A DNA stretch of 32,000 bases from Ferroglobus placidus DSM 10642 (GTDB taxonomy: Archaea > Halobacteriota > Archaeoglobi > Archaeoglobales > Archaeoglobaceae). The position numbers were made by a program, and so were the translations under genes. Shown piece by piece: positions 1 through 8,546 of the stretch (its first letter is position 1; every line of letters starts with the position of its first letter). The DNA is taken from NCBI RefSeq assembly GCF_000025505.1, contig NC_013849.1, positions 630,001 through 662,000 on the forward strand, given 5' to 3'. The notes beneath the pieces were generated by a model that worked only from the letters and a program-made list of their open reading frames with translations, made no database searches and had not been told where the DNA came from.

Positions 1-2
1 GG

Positions 3-173
3 CTCGATAGCATTTTAAAATCCATTGAAAGCGGCGTTCCAGTAGAAAAAATACCTGAAGTGGCTGGCGTGACGAAAGAAGAAGTAGAGAGGGTTTTGAA
101 GCTAATAGAAAGGAGCAGGCACAAAAGAGAGATGCCCCCCATCGCACCGGTTAGAGCTTTAATCGACTCTTAG
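3..173 (+). CDS. C-terminal end of a protein, probably NAD+ synthetase (partial, truncated by window edge)
   Basis: Open frame from base 3 to TAG at 171-173: LDSILKSIESGVPVEKIPEVAGVTKEEVERVLKLIERSRHKREMPPIAPVRALIDS. The 'VxRVLKLIExSxHKRxMPPIA' ending resembles archaeal NadE C-termini. Confidence 0.5.
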   Translation, partial: LDSILKSIESGVPVEKIPEVAGVTKEEVERVLKLIERSRHKREMPPIAPVRALIDS

Positions 174-869
174 TGTTTTTTCAAGCTTTTCAGCGTATTT
201 TTCTGGATTGTTCAGAAATTCGAGCTTTTTCAGATCGTCCACGAGGGAGTACATTTCTTCGTCCTTCGATAGTCCGAGAATGCCCTCGAAGTCACACTTT
301 GCGATCTCGAGCTCCGGAATTTTTCCGTATTTTTCGTTTTTCAACCATCCCTCCACTGTGTAGTAGTAGCAAGCACCCCTTCTTTCCGTGTAAGGCTCGT
401 AAATTGACTTGAAGTTTCTGCTTACCCAGTTAGCCATTTTTAACGGCTTATCTTCTGGATTTATCGTCACATGCCCGTAATCTGGAGGGATAATAACTTT
501 ATCTCCTTTTTCAGCAAAAACAGCCACAACCCTGCTAACCTCTATGTCCTTCTGGAGCAGATATATCGCTCTTCCTTCGAGAACTTCGTAAACTTCTGGA
601 TAGCTAACGGAATTCGCTTTCGGATGGTAATGTCCGTAGGTTTTTATGAACTCCTTCCCGATCTTAGCTGGAGGTATGTACGTGAGATCGTATCTCAACC
701 CGTGCTCAGCTATAGCTTCCTTGTCTTCCTTCCTTTTGTAAACGTCTCTGAACATGTAGTATGCCGGGAAATTCTTCTCTACAGCTTCAGGATATGCAAG
801 CACCGGCTTTAAATCCTCTACCCACCTTATTTCCGCTTCGAAAACCAAGTCGCCGATTTTTATCTTCAT
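159..869 (-). CDS. pgi: Glucose-6-phosphate isomerase, archaeal cupin type
   Basis: 236 aa with cupin motifs 'GHYHPKANSVSYPEVYEVLEGRAIYLLQ' and 'VIIPPDYGHVTINP', typical of archaeal cupin PGI. Confidence 0.9.
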   Translation of the reverse strand: MKIKIGDLVFEAEIRWVEDLKPVLAYPEAVEKNFPAYYMFRDVYKRKEDKEAIAEHGLRYDLTYIPPAKIGKEFIKTYGHYHPKANSVSYPEVYEVLEGRAIYLLQKDIEVSRVVAVFAEKGDKVIIPPDYGHVTINPEDKPLKMANWVSRNFKSIYEPYTERRGACYYYTVEGWLKNEKYGKIPELEIAKCDFEGILGLSKDEEMYSLVDDLKKLEFLNNPEKYAEKLEKTLRVD

Positions 870-972
870 GCTTCTATTTGCTCTTCGAAGTTGGAGTTAA
901 ATTTTTCTATTTGGTATTACAAAATAAATTTTTGTTATTATTAAGTAATATTAATCTACGATTTTTCAATAA

Positions 973-980
973 CAGTTTTG
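973..980. repeat. Target site duplication, left copy (CAGTTTTG)
   Basis: Exact 8-bp match to 1739-1746, directly abutting the paired IS ends. Confidence 0.85.
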
Positions 981-1013
981 GGTAATGCCTCAGTAATGTT
1001 TATATTCAATTAG

Positions 1014-1313
1014 TTGGATAAATCGGTGATGATGTGTCCGCATTGCAAATCGATAAAAACTGTGAAAATGGGCTGTTATTACACGAAATCTGGTGAGAGG
1101 AGGCAGAGATACAAATGCAAGAGCTGCGGGAGAACTTTCGTTTTGAATCCGATAAAGCCGAGGAATTATCCCGAGGAATTTAAGGAGATGGTAGTTAGAG
1201 CTGTTGTGAAGGAGGGTGTAGGGATAAGACAAGCGAGCAGAATTTTCAAGCTTTCTCCTAACACTGTGACAGCTTGGGTAAGAGAATTTTCTAAAAAAAG
1301 ACCTGAGAAATGA
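1014..1313 (+). CDS. IS1-like transposase N-terminal part (zinc-ribbon plus HTH, InsA-like)
   Basis: MMCPHCKSIKTVKMGCYYTKSGERRQRYKCKSCGRTFV... zinc-binding CxxC/CxxC followed by HTH 'GVGIRQASRIFKLSPNTVTAWVREF'. Start may be TTG 1014 or ATG 1029/1032. Confidence 0.85.
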   Translation: MDKSVMMCPHCKSIKTVKMGCYYTKSGERRQRYKCKSCGRTFVLNPIKPRNYPEEFKEMVVRAVVKEGVGIRQASRIFKLSPNTVTAWVREFSKKRPEK

Positions 1314-1728
1314 GATTAGATCGGAAAAGCCTGTTATCGAGTTAGATGAAGCTTGGAGTTTTGTTAAGAAAAAGGAAAACGAAATCTGGATTTGGATTGC
1401 TTTAGAGAGAAATTCCCGAAAAATAATAAGTTATGCAATAGGAGATCGTTCTGTGGATACTTTCAAGAAATTGTGGGACGGAATTGGCGATGAAATAAAG
1501 CGGAAAGCAATTTTCTACACGGATCGCTGGGACGCTTATAATTTGATTCCTTACAGGCAGAGAATCGTAAGAAGAGGAGGAACGAACCACGTTGAAAGGT
1601 TATTCTTAACTCTGAGAAATGATAATCCGAGATTCGCAAGAAAATCAATCAGATTCTCAAAATCCTCGGAAATGCTCGAAAATTCTTTTAAATTGTGGAT
1701 TCATTACTATAATTTATCAACATTATAG
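1282..1728 (+). pseudogene. IS1-like transposase C-terminal DDE part, in a different frame from the N-terminal ORF
   Basis: The frame is open from 1282 to TAG 1726-1728 and encodes ...KPVIELDEAWSFVKKKENEIWIWIALERNSRKIISYAIGDRSVDTFKKLWD...FYTDRWDAYNLIP...TNHVERLFLTLRNDNPRFARKSIRFSKS..., typical of the IS1 catalytic domain. It has no good start of its own before GTG 1453 and is +1 relative to the upstream ORF. It may be a pseudogene or may be expressed by slippage. Confidence 0.75.
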
Positions 1729-1738
1729 TGACACTACC

Positions 1739-1746
1739 CAGTTTTG
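1739..1746. repeat. Target site duplication, right copy (CAGTTTTG)
   Basis: Exact 8-bp match to 973-980. Confidence 0.85.
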
Positions 1747-1802
1747 ATTACAAATTAACAAAAAGCGAAAGCTTAAATTATTAATCTGGCGAGTTCCACT
1801 TA

Positions 1803-2273
1803 ATGGCTATAACTCCGATGGAAATTTACAAGCTGCTTCCCAAAACAAACTGCAAGAAGTGTGGAGAGCCCACCTGCATGAGTTTTGCCTTCAAAGTCAT
1901 TAACAGAGAAAAGCAAATAGAAGATTGCAAACCGCTTTTCGAGGAAGATAAGTACGCTAAGCAGAGAGAACAACTTTTGAAACTCCTCGAACCTCTAAAA
2001 GAAGCTACTGAAACTGGGTTAATAGTTGACGAAAGTAAGTGCACTGGCTGCGGGAACTGCATAGTCGTTTGTCCTGTGCATGCTGCGGAAGACCCTTACG
2101 GAGCGGGAAGCGGGTTGGGCATTAAAATGGAGAACCCTATTCTTAGAGTCGAAGATGGAAAAGTGAAGGTAATCAACTTAACGATTTGCAGAAGGTACGG
2201 GAAGAACAGAGTTCTCTGCGTGGCTTGCAGAGAAAATTGCCCGACAGATGCGATAAGCTTCCTGGAGGGATGA
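1803..2273 (+). CDS. Fe-S protein: N-terminal CFeSP/Fdx-like 4Fe-4S domain plus ferredoxin-type clusters, linked to formylmethanofuran dehydrogenase genes
   Basis: N-terminal 'LPKTNCKKCGEPTCMSFAFKV...DCKPL' (CxxCxxxxC...C domain), then 'CTGCGNCIVVCP' and 'CRRYGKNRVLCVACRENCPTDAI'. Overlaps the fwdB start by 4 nt (ATGA). Confidence 0.8.
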   Translation: MAITPMEIYKLLPKTNCKKCGEPTCMSFAFKVINREKQIEDCKPLFEEDKYAKQREQLLKLLEPLKEATETGLIVDESKCTGCGNCIVVCPVHAAEDPYGAGSGLGIKMENPILRVEDGKVKVINLTICRRYGKNRVLCVACRENCPTDAISFLEG

Positions 2274-3478
2274 GCATGGTAACTTGTACTGGGTGTGCTT
2301 TACTTTGTGAGGACGTTGAGATCAGGGACGGAAGGATTCTCCACGCATGTAGAAGGGGATCGACTCTCCTCGCTCATCACAACGAAGCCAGAGCGAAACC
2401 TAAAGTGGACGGAAGAGAAGTTAGCTTCGAAGAGGCTATGAAAGAAGCGAAAAAAATTGTGAGCGAAGCGGAAAATCTTGCCATTTACGGACTTGACACG
2501 ACGACCCTCGAAGCTCAGAAGATTGCTGTGGAAATTGCCGAAAAAAAGGAAGCTTACATAGACGACAACTCCACATTCTGTCTCGGGGATTTTGTAGAAT
2601 TAATTTTGAGAGGTAGACTTCCAACAACGACCCTCGATGAAGTGAGGGATTACGCCTACGTGATTTTTTACTGGGGCACCGATCCTTTCCACAGCCTTTC
2701 GAGGCACATGTCTAAATTTACCTACTATCCGAGAGGTAAGAAGAGGCAGCGCGGGTACGAAGAGGACAGATTTCTTGTCGTGGCGGATGTGAGAAAAACG
2801 CACACAGCGAAGCTGGCTAAGAAAAATGCGAAGTTTATCAGGGTTAACGACGATCTTGAGCTCGTTCAGGCTTTTATAGATGCGGCTGAGGGTAAAGCGC
2901 CGAAGGCTTATCAGAAGGACGTTCCGCGAATCGTTAAGGAAATGGAAAAATCGGACTTCAACGTTATAATCGGTGGACTTGGATTGAGGTACGGGTTGAA
3001 AGGAAATTACGAAAAATTCGTCGAAATGATGGAGAAGCTGAACGAAAGAACGAAAGTCTACTTCGTCCCAGCCGGATGCCACCCGAACATGCGTGGCTTT
3101 AACGAAACCCTTTTCGAAAAAGTTGGAGAGGTCAACAAGTACAGCTTCAGAGAGAGGAGATCTTCGAAAGATTTCGCATTTTACGAGTTGCTCGAAAAGG
3201 AGAAGATAGATGCGGCAGTAGTTATCGGCACGGATCCAGTAGCTTCTCTACCTTTCGAATACTCGAAAAAGCTCGCTAAGATCAAAACGATCGTTATCGA
3301 TCCGAGGGAAAACTTTACCGGAAAAATTGCGAGTGTAGTCATTCCCTCGGCTATCTCCGGAATAGAGACTGGAGGAAAGATGAAGCGGATAGACGGGGTG
3401 GAGGTTGAGCTCGAACCGCTGGAGCAGAGGGAAATCAACGACGTCACGATTTTGAGCGAGCTTCTGGAGGTGGTTTGA
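2270..3478 (+). CDS. fwdB: Formylmethanofuran dehydrogenase subunit B
   Basis: Starts MSMVTCTGCALLCEDVEIRDGRILHACRRGSTLL and includes 'VVIGTDPVASLPF' and 'TIVIDPREN', characteristic of FwdB/FmdB. ATG at 2270 is preferred over the longer ORF start at 2186. Confidence 0.9.
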   Translation: MSMVTCTGCALLCEDVEIRDGRILHACRRGSTLLAHHNEARAKPKVDGREVSFEEAMKEAKKIVSEAENLAIYGLDTTTLEAQKIAVEIAEKKEAYIDDNSTFCLGDFVELILRGRLPTTTLDEVRDYAYVIFYWGTDPFHSLSRHMSKFTYYPRGKKRQRGYEEDRFLVVADVRKTHTAKLAKKNAKFIRVNDDLELVQAFIDAAEGKAPKAYQKDVPRIVKEMEKSDFNVIIGGLGLRYGLKGNYEKFVEMMEKLNERTKVYFVPAGCHPNMRGFNETLFEKVGEVNKYSFRERRSSKDFAFYELLEKEKIDAAVVIGTDPVASLPFEYSKKLAKIKTIVIDPRENFTGKIASVVIPSAISGIETGGKMKRIDGVEVELEPLEQREINDVTILSELLEVV

Positions 3479-3873
3479 TGCCGCTTCAGTTTGCCAAGTA
3501 TCTCAAAAAGCTGGAAGTCGAAGTCGTTGTCGCGAGAGTTAGCTTTCAGAGTGAGGGTGTAGATAAAGGTAAGTTCAGCGAGGACTACGTGAAGAATTCT
3601 GCCGTAATTTACGTCGATGAAGAATTCGCAAAGAAAAACGGACTTAAAGAGGGAAGCATCGTTAAAATAACTGCAAACGGAAAATCGGTAAAGCTCAAAC
3701 TTCTTTACACCGATGCAGCCCCAGAAAATGGAGCCGTCATTCCTAACAGCATATATGCCTCCTACCTTACGGATTTTGAAAATTTCAAAAAGTTTAAAGC
3801 CACAGTGGAGTTAGCAGACGGAGAGGTTACAAAACCCGATGAAATAATAACAATAATAAAAGAAAGGGGATAG
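3478..3873 (+). CDS. fwdD: Formylmethanofuran dehydrogenase subunit D (molybdopterin dinucleotide-binding domain)
   Basis: About 131 aa, immediately downstream of fwdB, with 'SAVIYVDEEFAKKNGLKEGSIVKITANGKSVKLKL', a typical FwdD fold sequence. Confidence 0.85.
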   Translation: MPLQFAKYLKKLEVEVVVARVSFQSEGVDKGKFSEDYVKNSAVIYVDEEFAKKNGLKEGSIVKITANGKSVKLKLLYTDAAPENGAVIPNSIYASYLTDFENFKKFKATVELADGEVTKPDEIITIIKERG

Positions 3874-3924
3874 AATTATGACTTATAAGTTAAAGTTCGT
3901 TAACCGAGAATTTCGAATAAAAGG

Positions 3925-3950
3925 GAAAAACGTATATAGTTTTAAAACAA
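3925..3950 (+). promoter_or_regulatory. Possible archaeal promoter element for the CODH/ACS gene cluster
   Basis: A/T-rich 'GAAAAACGTATATAGTTTTAAAAC' in the 105-bp gap before cdhA. Pattern only, no mapped start site. Confidence 0.3.
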
Positions 3951-3978
3951 AAGTTAGTTGTGGGGTGGAGGTGTTCGT

Positions 3979-6393
3979 ATGGCGTTTGAGTTGAGAGAAG
4001 GTATTTTTGCGATAGACGAAATGAGGAATGTAAGCATAAGAATAGGTAAGGTAATCGAAGAAGCTGAAGAATGGGCGGAAGAGATGGGACCGACTCCGAA
4101 ACCGGGCATCATCGAGTTGAGAAAGTGGGACATGAAGTTGCTCGAAAGGTACGAACCTTTCTACGCTCCTGTCCAAGACTTCTGCAACCTTTGTACGATG
4201 GGTCCTTGCGATCTGTCCCAGAACAAAAAGGGTGCTTGTGGGATCGATTTAAAGACTGCTAAAGCGAGATTGGTTACAATCGCTTGCTGTATCGGAGCTG
4301 CCTCCCACGGCGGACATGCGAGGCACCTGCTTGATCATCTTATCGAAGAGCTTGGGGAAGATTATCCGATTGACCTCGGAGGAAATGTAAACGTGGAAGC
4401 TCCAATAATAAGAACGGTCGTTGGAATAAGACCAAGGACTCTCGGGGATTTGAAGGAAGCGATGGAGTGGGCTGAGAAGGAGTTGATGAGGGTTTTGCAT
4501 GCGACGCACATAGGAAACGAGGAGAGTTACCTTGACTACGAGAGTAAAGCGATGCACATAAGTATGGTTGACCATGTGTTGATGGAAATAGCAGATATAG
4601 CTCAGATCGTAGCTTACAACATGCCAAAGGCTGAACCGAACGTCCCATTGACGGACACGGGATTCGGTATAGTTGACAAGAACAAGCCCGTGATAGTGGT
4701 CGTTGGTCACAACGTTCTGTATTCAAAACCGATTCTCGATTACCTTGAGGAGATGGGCAGACTTGACGATTTCGAAATAGCCGGGCTTTGCTGCGCAGTC
4801 CACGACATGACGAGAGTTAGCGGGGGAAGAGCTAAAATCTTCGGTCCGATAAGCTATCAGTTGAGAGTTATAAGGTCTGGAATTCCGGATGTAATGATTA
4901 GCGACGAACAGTGCATTAGAGCGGACTTGCTGCAGGCTTGTAAAGCAATGGGCATTCCGCTTATAGCTACAAGCGACGCAGCAGCAAGAGGTTTGCCAGA
5001 TGCAAGCGACTGGCCGGTTGAAAAGATCGTAAATGCACTCGTTACCGGAGAATTGCCTGGAGTGTTCTTGCCAGTGCCAGAGAAGGTGGGACAGGTGGCT
5101 CCGCTCGTTGCCGAAGCAATCTTCAAGAAGCACGGAGGAAACAGAAAGTATAGATTCTTTGCAAATGACGAGGAATTGTGGAACGAGATAAACAAGTGTA
5201 CGCAGTGCATGAACTGCGTCTTTACATGTCCGCACAATTTGAGGATCGACCAAGGAATGGCTCACGCTCAGAAAACGAAGGACTTGAGCAAGCTCGCCAA
5301 GCTTGAGGAGCAGTGCATCGCCTGTGGCAAATGTGAACAGGCGTGCCCGAAGAACATAAAGATAATCAACGTAATAATGGCGAGCAACTTCGACAGACTC
5401 TACAACAAGAAGGGCAAGATGAGGGTTGGAAGAGGTCCGATACAAGATACTGAGATTAGAAATGTCGGTCAACCGATAGTCATGGGACAAATTCCGGGAG
5501 TTATCGCAGCAGTCGGTTGCGCTAACTATCCAGACGAAGCGAAGTCTCTGAGGGAGATCCTTGAGGAGTTCGTGAAGAGGAGGTACATCGTCGTCACCTC
5601 CGGTTGCCATGCCATAACTCTCGGAATGATAACGGATGAGGAAGGACAGACGCTTTACGAGAAAACTCCGGGAGATTTTGACGCTGGCGGACTCGCTAAC
5701 GTTGGTAGCTGTGTTGCAAACAGCCACATAGCTGGAGCTGCAATAAAGATTGCCAACATATTTGCAATGAGACCACTAAGAGGAAATTATGCTGAAATTG
5801 CTGATTATGTGCTCAACAGGGTTGGTGCTGTGGGCTTTAGCTGGGGACCGTACAGCCCTAAAGCTGCAGCAATTGCCACTGGCTTTAACAGGCTTGGTGT
5901 TCCAGTAGTTGTCGGACCGCACGGGGCTAAGTATAGGAGAGCATACCTTGGAAAGTACTTCAAGAAAGAAAAGTGGTGGGTCTACGACATAAAGACGAGG
6001 AGCAAAGTTCCGATAGAGCCGGCTCCAGATGCTTTGCTTGTGGCTGTCGAAACAAAGGAAGAAGCTATAGTGCAGCTCGCGAGACTCTGCATAAGACCAA
6101 ACGACACGAGCTTGGGAAGGCAGATCAAATTGACGCATTACTTGGAGCTGAGCCAGAAGTACCTCGGAAAGCTTCCCGACGACTGGCACCTGTTTGTGAG
6201 AAGCGAAGCTGACTTGCCGCTGAAGATGAAGGATGAGCTACTTCACATCCTCGAAAGCGAGTACGGCTGGAAGATAGACTGGGACAAGAAGAAGATCCTG
6301 GAGGGACCGATAAGAAGGTACGACGCTGGCTTCAATCCGACTATAGTTGAGGAGGTTTACGAGAAATATGCTGGAGAGAAACCCCCACAATAA
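3979..6393 (+). CDS. cdhA: CO dehydrogenase/acetyl-CoA synthase complex, alpha subunit (CODH)
   Basis: About 804 aa with 'CNLCTMGPCDLS...GACGIDLKTAKAR', ferredoxin motifs 'CTQCMNCVFTCP' and 'CIACGKCEQACP', and 'VVGPHGAKYRRAYLG'. ATG at 3979. Confidence 0.97.
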   Translation: MAFELREGIFAIDEMRNVSIRIGKVIEEAEEWAEEMGPTPKPGIIELRKWDMKLLERYEPFYAPVQDFCNLCTMGPCDLSQNKKGACGIDLKTAKARLVTIACCIGAASHGGHARHLLDHLIEELGEDYPIDLGGNVNVEAPIIRTVVGIRPRTLGDLKEAMEWAEKELMRVLHATHIGNEESYLDYESKAMHISMVDHVLMEIADIAQIVAYNMPKAEPNVPLTDTGFGIVDKNKPVIVVVGHNVLYSKPILDYLEEMGRLDDFEIAGLCCAVHDMTRVSGGRAKIFGPISYQLRVIRSGIPDVMISDEQCIRADLLQACKAMGIPLIATSDAAARGLPDASDWPVEKIVNALVTGELPGVFLPVPEKVGQVAPLVAEAIFKKHGGNRKYRFFANDEELWNEINKCTQCMNCVFTCPHNLRIDQGMAHAQKTKDLSKLAKLEEQCIACGKCEQACPKNIKIINVIMASNFDRLYNKKGKMRVGRGPIQDTEIRNVGQPIVMGQIPGVIAAVGCANYPDEAKSLREILEEFVKRRYIVVTSGCHAITLGMITDEEGQTLYEKTPGDFDAGGLANVGSCVANSHIAGAAIKIANIFAMRPLRGNYAEIADYVLNRVGAVGFSWGPYSPKAAAIATGFNRLGVPVVVGPHGAKYRRAYLGKYFKKEKWWVYDIKTRSKVPIEPAPDALLVAVETKEEAIVQLARLCIRPNDTSLGRQIKLTHYLELSQKYLGKLPDDWHLFVRSEADLPLKMKDELLHILESEYGWKIDWDKKKILEGPIRRYDAGFNPTIVEEVYEKYAGEKPPQ

Positions 6394-6412
6394 ATTTTTT
6401 GAGGTGATGTAG

Positions 6413-6958
6413 ATGGCTGTGAAAAAGGAGGATAAGTATCCGGTTGCGAGAAGGTATCAGATTGCAGACGTTCAAGTTAGCAGGGAAGCTACTGCTGTAA
6501 AGCCTCAGGTTGTGGTAAATTTGATAAAGAAAGCTAAGCATCCGGTTTTAATTACTGGCGGGCAGCTTCTTAAGGACGAAAAGCTCGTGGAAATAGCGGT
6601 CAAATTCTACGAGAAGGGAATTCCGATAATTGCCACTGGCGGATCGAGCAAACCACTCATTGAGAAGGGCGTGAATCCGCAATCGGTAGTGTTCACCCTC
6701 CACCAAGTAACTCAGTTCTTGCTCGACGAAGAGTGGAAAGGCTTCGACGGAAAAGGAAACTACGACTTGGTCCTCTTCATGGGCTTTTTGCCTTACTACC
6801 TATCGAGAATGCTTTCAGCCCTGAAGCACTTCTCGAAGATTACCACCGTAGCTTTGGAGGAGTTTTATCAGCCTCACGCGAAATTTAGCTTCACGAATTT
6901 GACTGCCAATAAGGATATGTACTATTCCATGTTGGAGGAGATTGTAAACAACCTGTGA
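6413..6958 (+). CDS. cdhB: CO dehydrogenase/acetyl-CoA synthase complex, epsilon subunit
   Basis: 181 aa with 'KKAKHPVLITGGQLLKDEKLVEIAVKFYEKGIPIIATGGSS'. Lies between cdhA and cdhC. Confidence 0.93.
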   Translation: MAVKKEDKYPVARRYQIADVQVSREATAVKPQVVVNLIKKAKHPVLITGGQLLKDEKLVEIAVKFYEKGIPIIATGGSSKPLIEKGVNPQSVVFTLHQVTQFLLDEEWKGFDGKGNYDLVLFMGFLPYYLSRMLSALKHFSKITTVALEEFYQPHAKFSFTNLTANKDMYYSMLEEIVNNL

Positions 6959-6968
6959 GGTGGTGTAA

Positions 6969-8546
6969 ATGGCGGAAAGAAAGAGAGTTGAAGTTCCGGA
7001 GGGTGTTAAGAAGAAGGAAGTTTCAGGCGTGCCAGAATCTTTCCCCTTCGAGATTTCTCCAATGTTTGAAGGAGAGAGAGTTAGGAAAGGAGACATGTAC
7101 GTAGAACTCGGCGGACCTTCTCAGCCGGGATTCGAGCTCGTCATAGCTTTGCCAAAGGATCAAGTGGAGGACATGAAGGTAACGCTGATAGGTCCGGACT
7201 TGGATGAGATGGAGGAAGGAAAAGCGTATCCTTATGCCATGATTTACTACGTTGCGGGAGATCAGGTCGACAACGACCTTGAGCCTGTTATTGAAAGAAG
7301 AAACCACGACTTCCAGAACTACATCGAAGGTTACATGCACCTCAACCAGAGGTACGATATCTGGATCAGAATAAGCAAGGGAGCGATAAAGAAGGGACTG
7401 AAAAGTCTGACCGAGATAGCTCTTGCTACGATGTTCCTCTTCAAGAACGAACTACCGTTTATTGAGAAAATCGAGGCTGTTTACATCACAGACAAAGAAC
7501 TGGTAGAGAAGCTCCTCAACGAGATGGCTATGCCGATTTACGAGGAGAGAGATGCGAGAGTCGAGCAGCTCCACGATGAGGACGTGGATGAGTTCTACTC
7601 ATGCACCCTCTGCCAGAGTTTCGCTCCGACTAACGTTTGTATAGTCAGCCCGGACAGACCTTCCCTGTGCGGAGCTATAACGTGGTTCGACGGAAGAGCT
7701 GCGGCGAGAGTCGATCCGGAAGGACCGAACAGAGCCGTGCCTAAGGGGGAGTGCATCGATCCGATTGGTGGAGAGTACACTGGAGTAAACGAATTCGCTA
7801 AAGAGGAGAGCGGAGGAGAGTACGACAGAATCAAGCTGCACAGCTTCTTCGAGTATCCGCACACAAGCTGTGGATGCTTCGAAGTTATCGGTTTCTACAT
7901 GCCGGAAGTCGACGGAATTGGCTGGGTGCACAGAGGTTATCCGGATCCGGCTCCCAACGGTTTGACTTTCTCTACGATGGCTGGGCAAACCGGAGGAGGA
8001 AAGCAGGTCGTTGGTTTCCTCGGAATTGGAATCGCTTACTTCAGAAGCAAGAAGTTCATTCAGGCAGACGGCGGGTGGTATAGAACTGTCTGGATGCCCA
8101 AGGAGTTGAAGGAGAGAGTCTTAAAGTACATCCCGGAGGACATGAGGGACAAAATAGCTACTGAAGAGGATGCGAAGACGATAGAGGAGCTCAAGGAGTT
8201 CTTAAAGAGGGTAAACCACCCCGTCGTTACTGGAGTCGTTAGACCCGTGGATGGTAAAAAGATCACCGAGGGATGGAAGGAAGAAGAGGAAGTCGAAGAG
8301 GTCGTGGAAGAGAAGGCAGAAGAAGCACCAGCTGAAGCAGCTGCAGCTCAACCAGCTCAGCCGCAGCAAGTTATGATGCCCATGCAGCCAATGCAGATGC
8401 CGGCTGTGCCACAAATTCAGATGCCACAGATTCAGCTTCCCGCTGCTGGACAGCAGCCCGGAATTAAGCTGATAATCAAGGATGCGAAGATAATCATCGA
8501 CAAAGTGATAATCAGGGGTAAGGAAGAGAAGAAGGGTGGGAAGTGA
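6969..8546 (+). CDS. cdhC: CO dehydrogenase/acetyl-CoA synthase complex, beta subunit (acetyl-CoA synthase)
   Basis: 'CTLCQSFAPTNVCIVSPDRPSLCGAITWFDGRAA...', 'FFEYPHTSCGCFEVIGFYMPEVDGIGWV' and 'GGGKQVVGFLGIGIAYFRSKKFIQADGGWYR' are ACS A-cluster region signatures. Confidence 0.97.
   Translation: MAERKRVEVPEGVKKKEVSGVPESFPFEISPMFEGERVRKGDMYVELGGPSQPGFELVIALPKDQVEDMKVTLIGPDLDEMEEGKAYPYAMIYYVAGDQVDNDLEPVIERRNHDFQNYIEGYMHLNQRYDIWIRISKGAIKKGLKSLTEIALATMFLFKNELPFIEKIEAVYITDKELVEKLLNEMAMPIYEERDARVEQLHDEDVDEFYSCTLCQSFAPTNVCIVSPDRPSLCGAITWFDGRAAARVDPEGPNRAVPKGECIDPIGGEYTGVNEFAKEESGGEYDRIKLHSFFEYPHTSCGCFEVIGFYMPEVDGIGWVHRGYPDPAPNGLTFSTMAGQTGGGKQVVGFLGIGIAYFRSKKFIQADGGWYRTVWMPKELKERVLKYIPEDMRDKIATEEDAKTIEELKEFLKRVNHPVVTGVVRPVDGKKITEGWKEEEEVEEVVEEKAEEAPAEAAAAQPAQPQQVMMPMQPMQMPAVPQIQMPQIQLPAAGQQPGIKLIIKDAKIIIDKVIIRGKEEKKGGK

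Larger units (their letters stand above)
981..1738 (+). mobile_element. IS1-family-like insertion sequence, about 758 bp, with terminal inverted repeats and 8-bp target duplication
   Basis: Left end GGTAATGCCTCAGTAATGTTTATA pairs imperfectly with the reverse complement of the right end, GGTAGTGTCACTATAATGTTGATA. Flanked by the direct repeat CAGTTTTG at 973-980 and 1739-1746. Encodes an InsA-like zinc-finger/HTH and an InsB-like DDE region. Confidence 0.88.

Noticed and set aside
990-1590. Minus-strand ORFs inside the insertion element (990..1232 and 1402..1590)
   Set aside because: They are antisense to conserved transposase domains, with no initiator context or recognisable motifs.
2186-2269. 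N-terminal extension of the fwdB ORF (MQKVREEQSSL...)
   Set aside because: It overlaps the conserved 3' coding part of the ferredoxin-like gene. The ATG at 2270 gives the expected FwdB N-terminus and an ATGA coupling.
4723-5727. 334-aa ORF on the - strand within cdhA
   Set aside because: It is antisense to cdhA, which has clear catalytic and ferredoxin motifs. The low-complexity composition shows no recognised motif.
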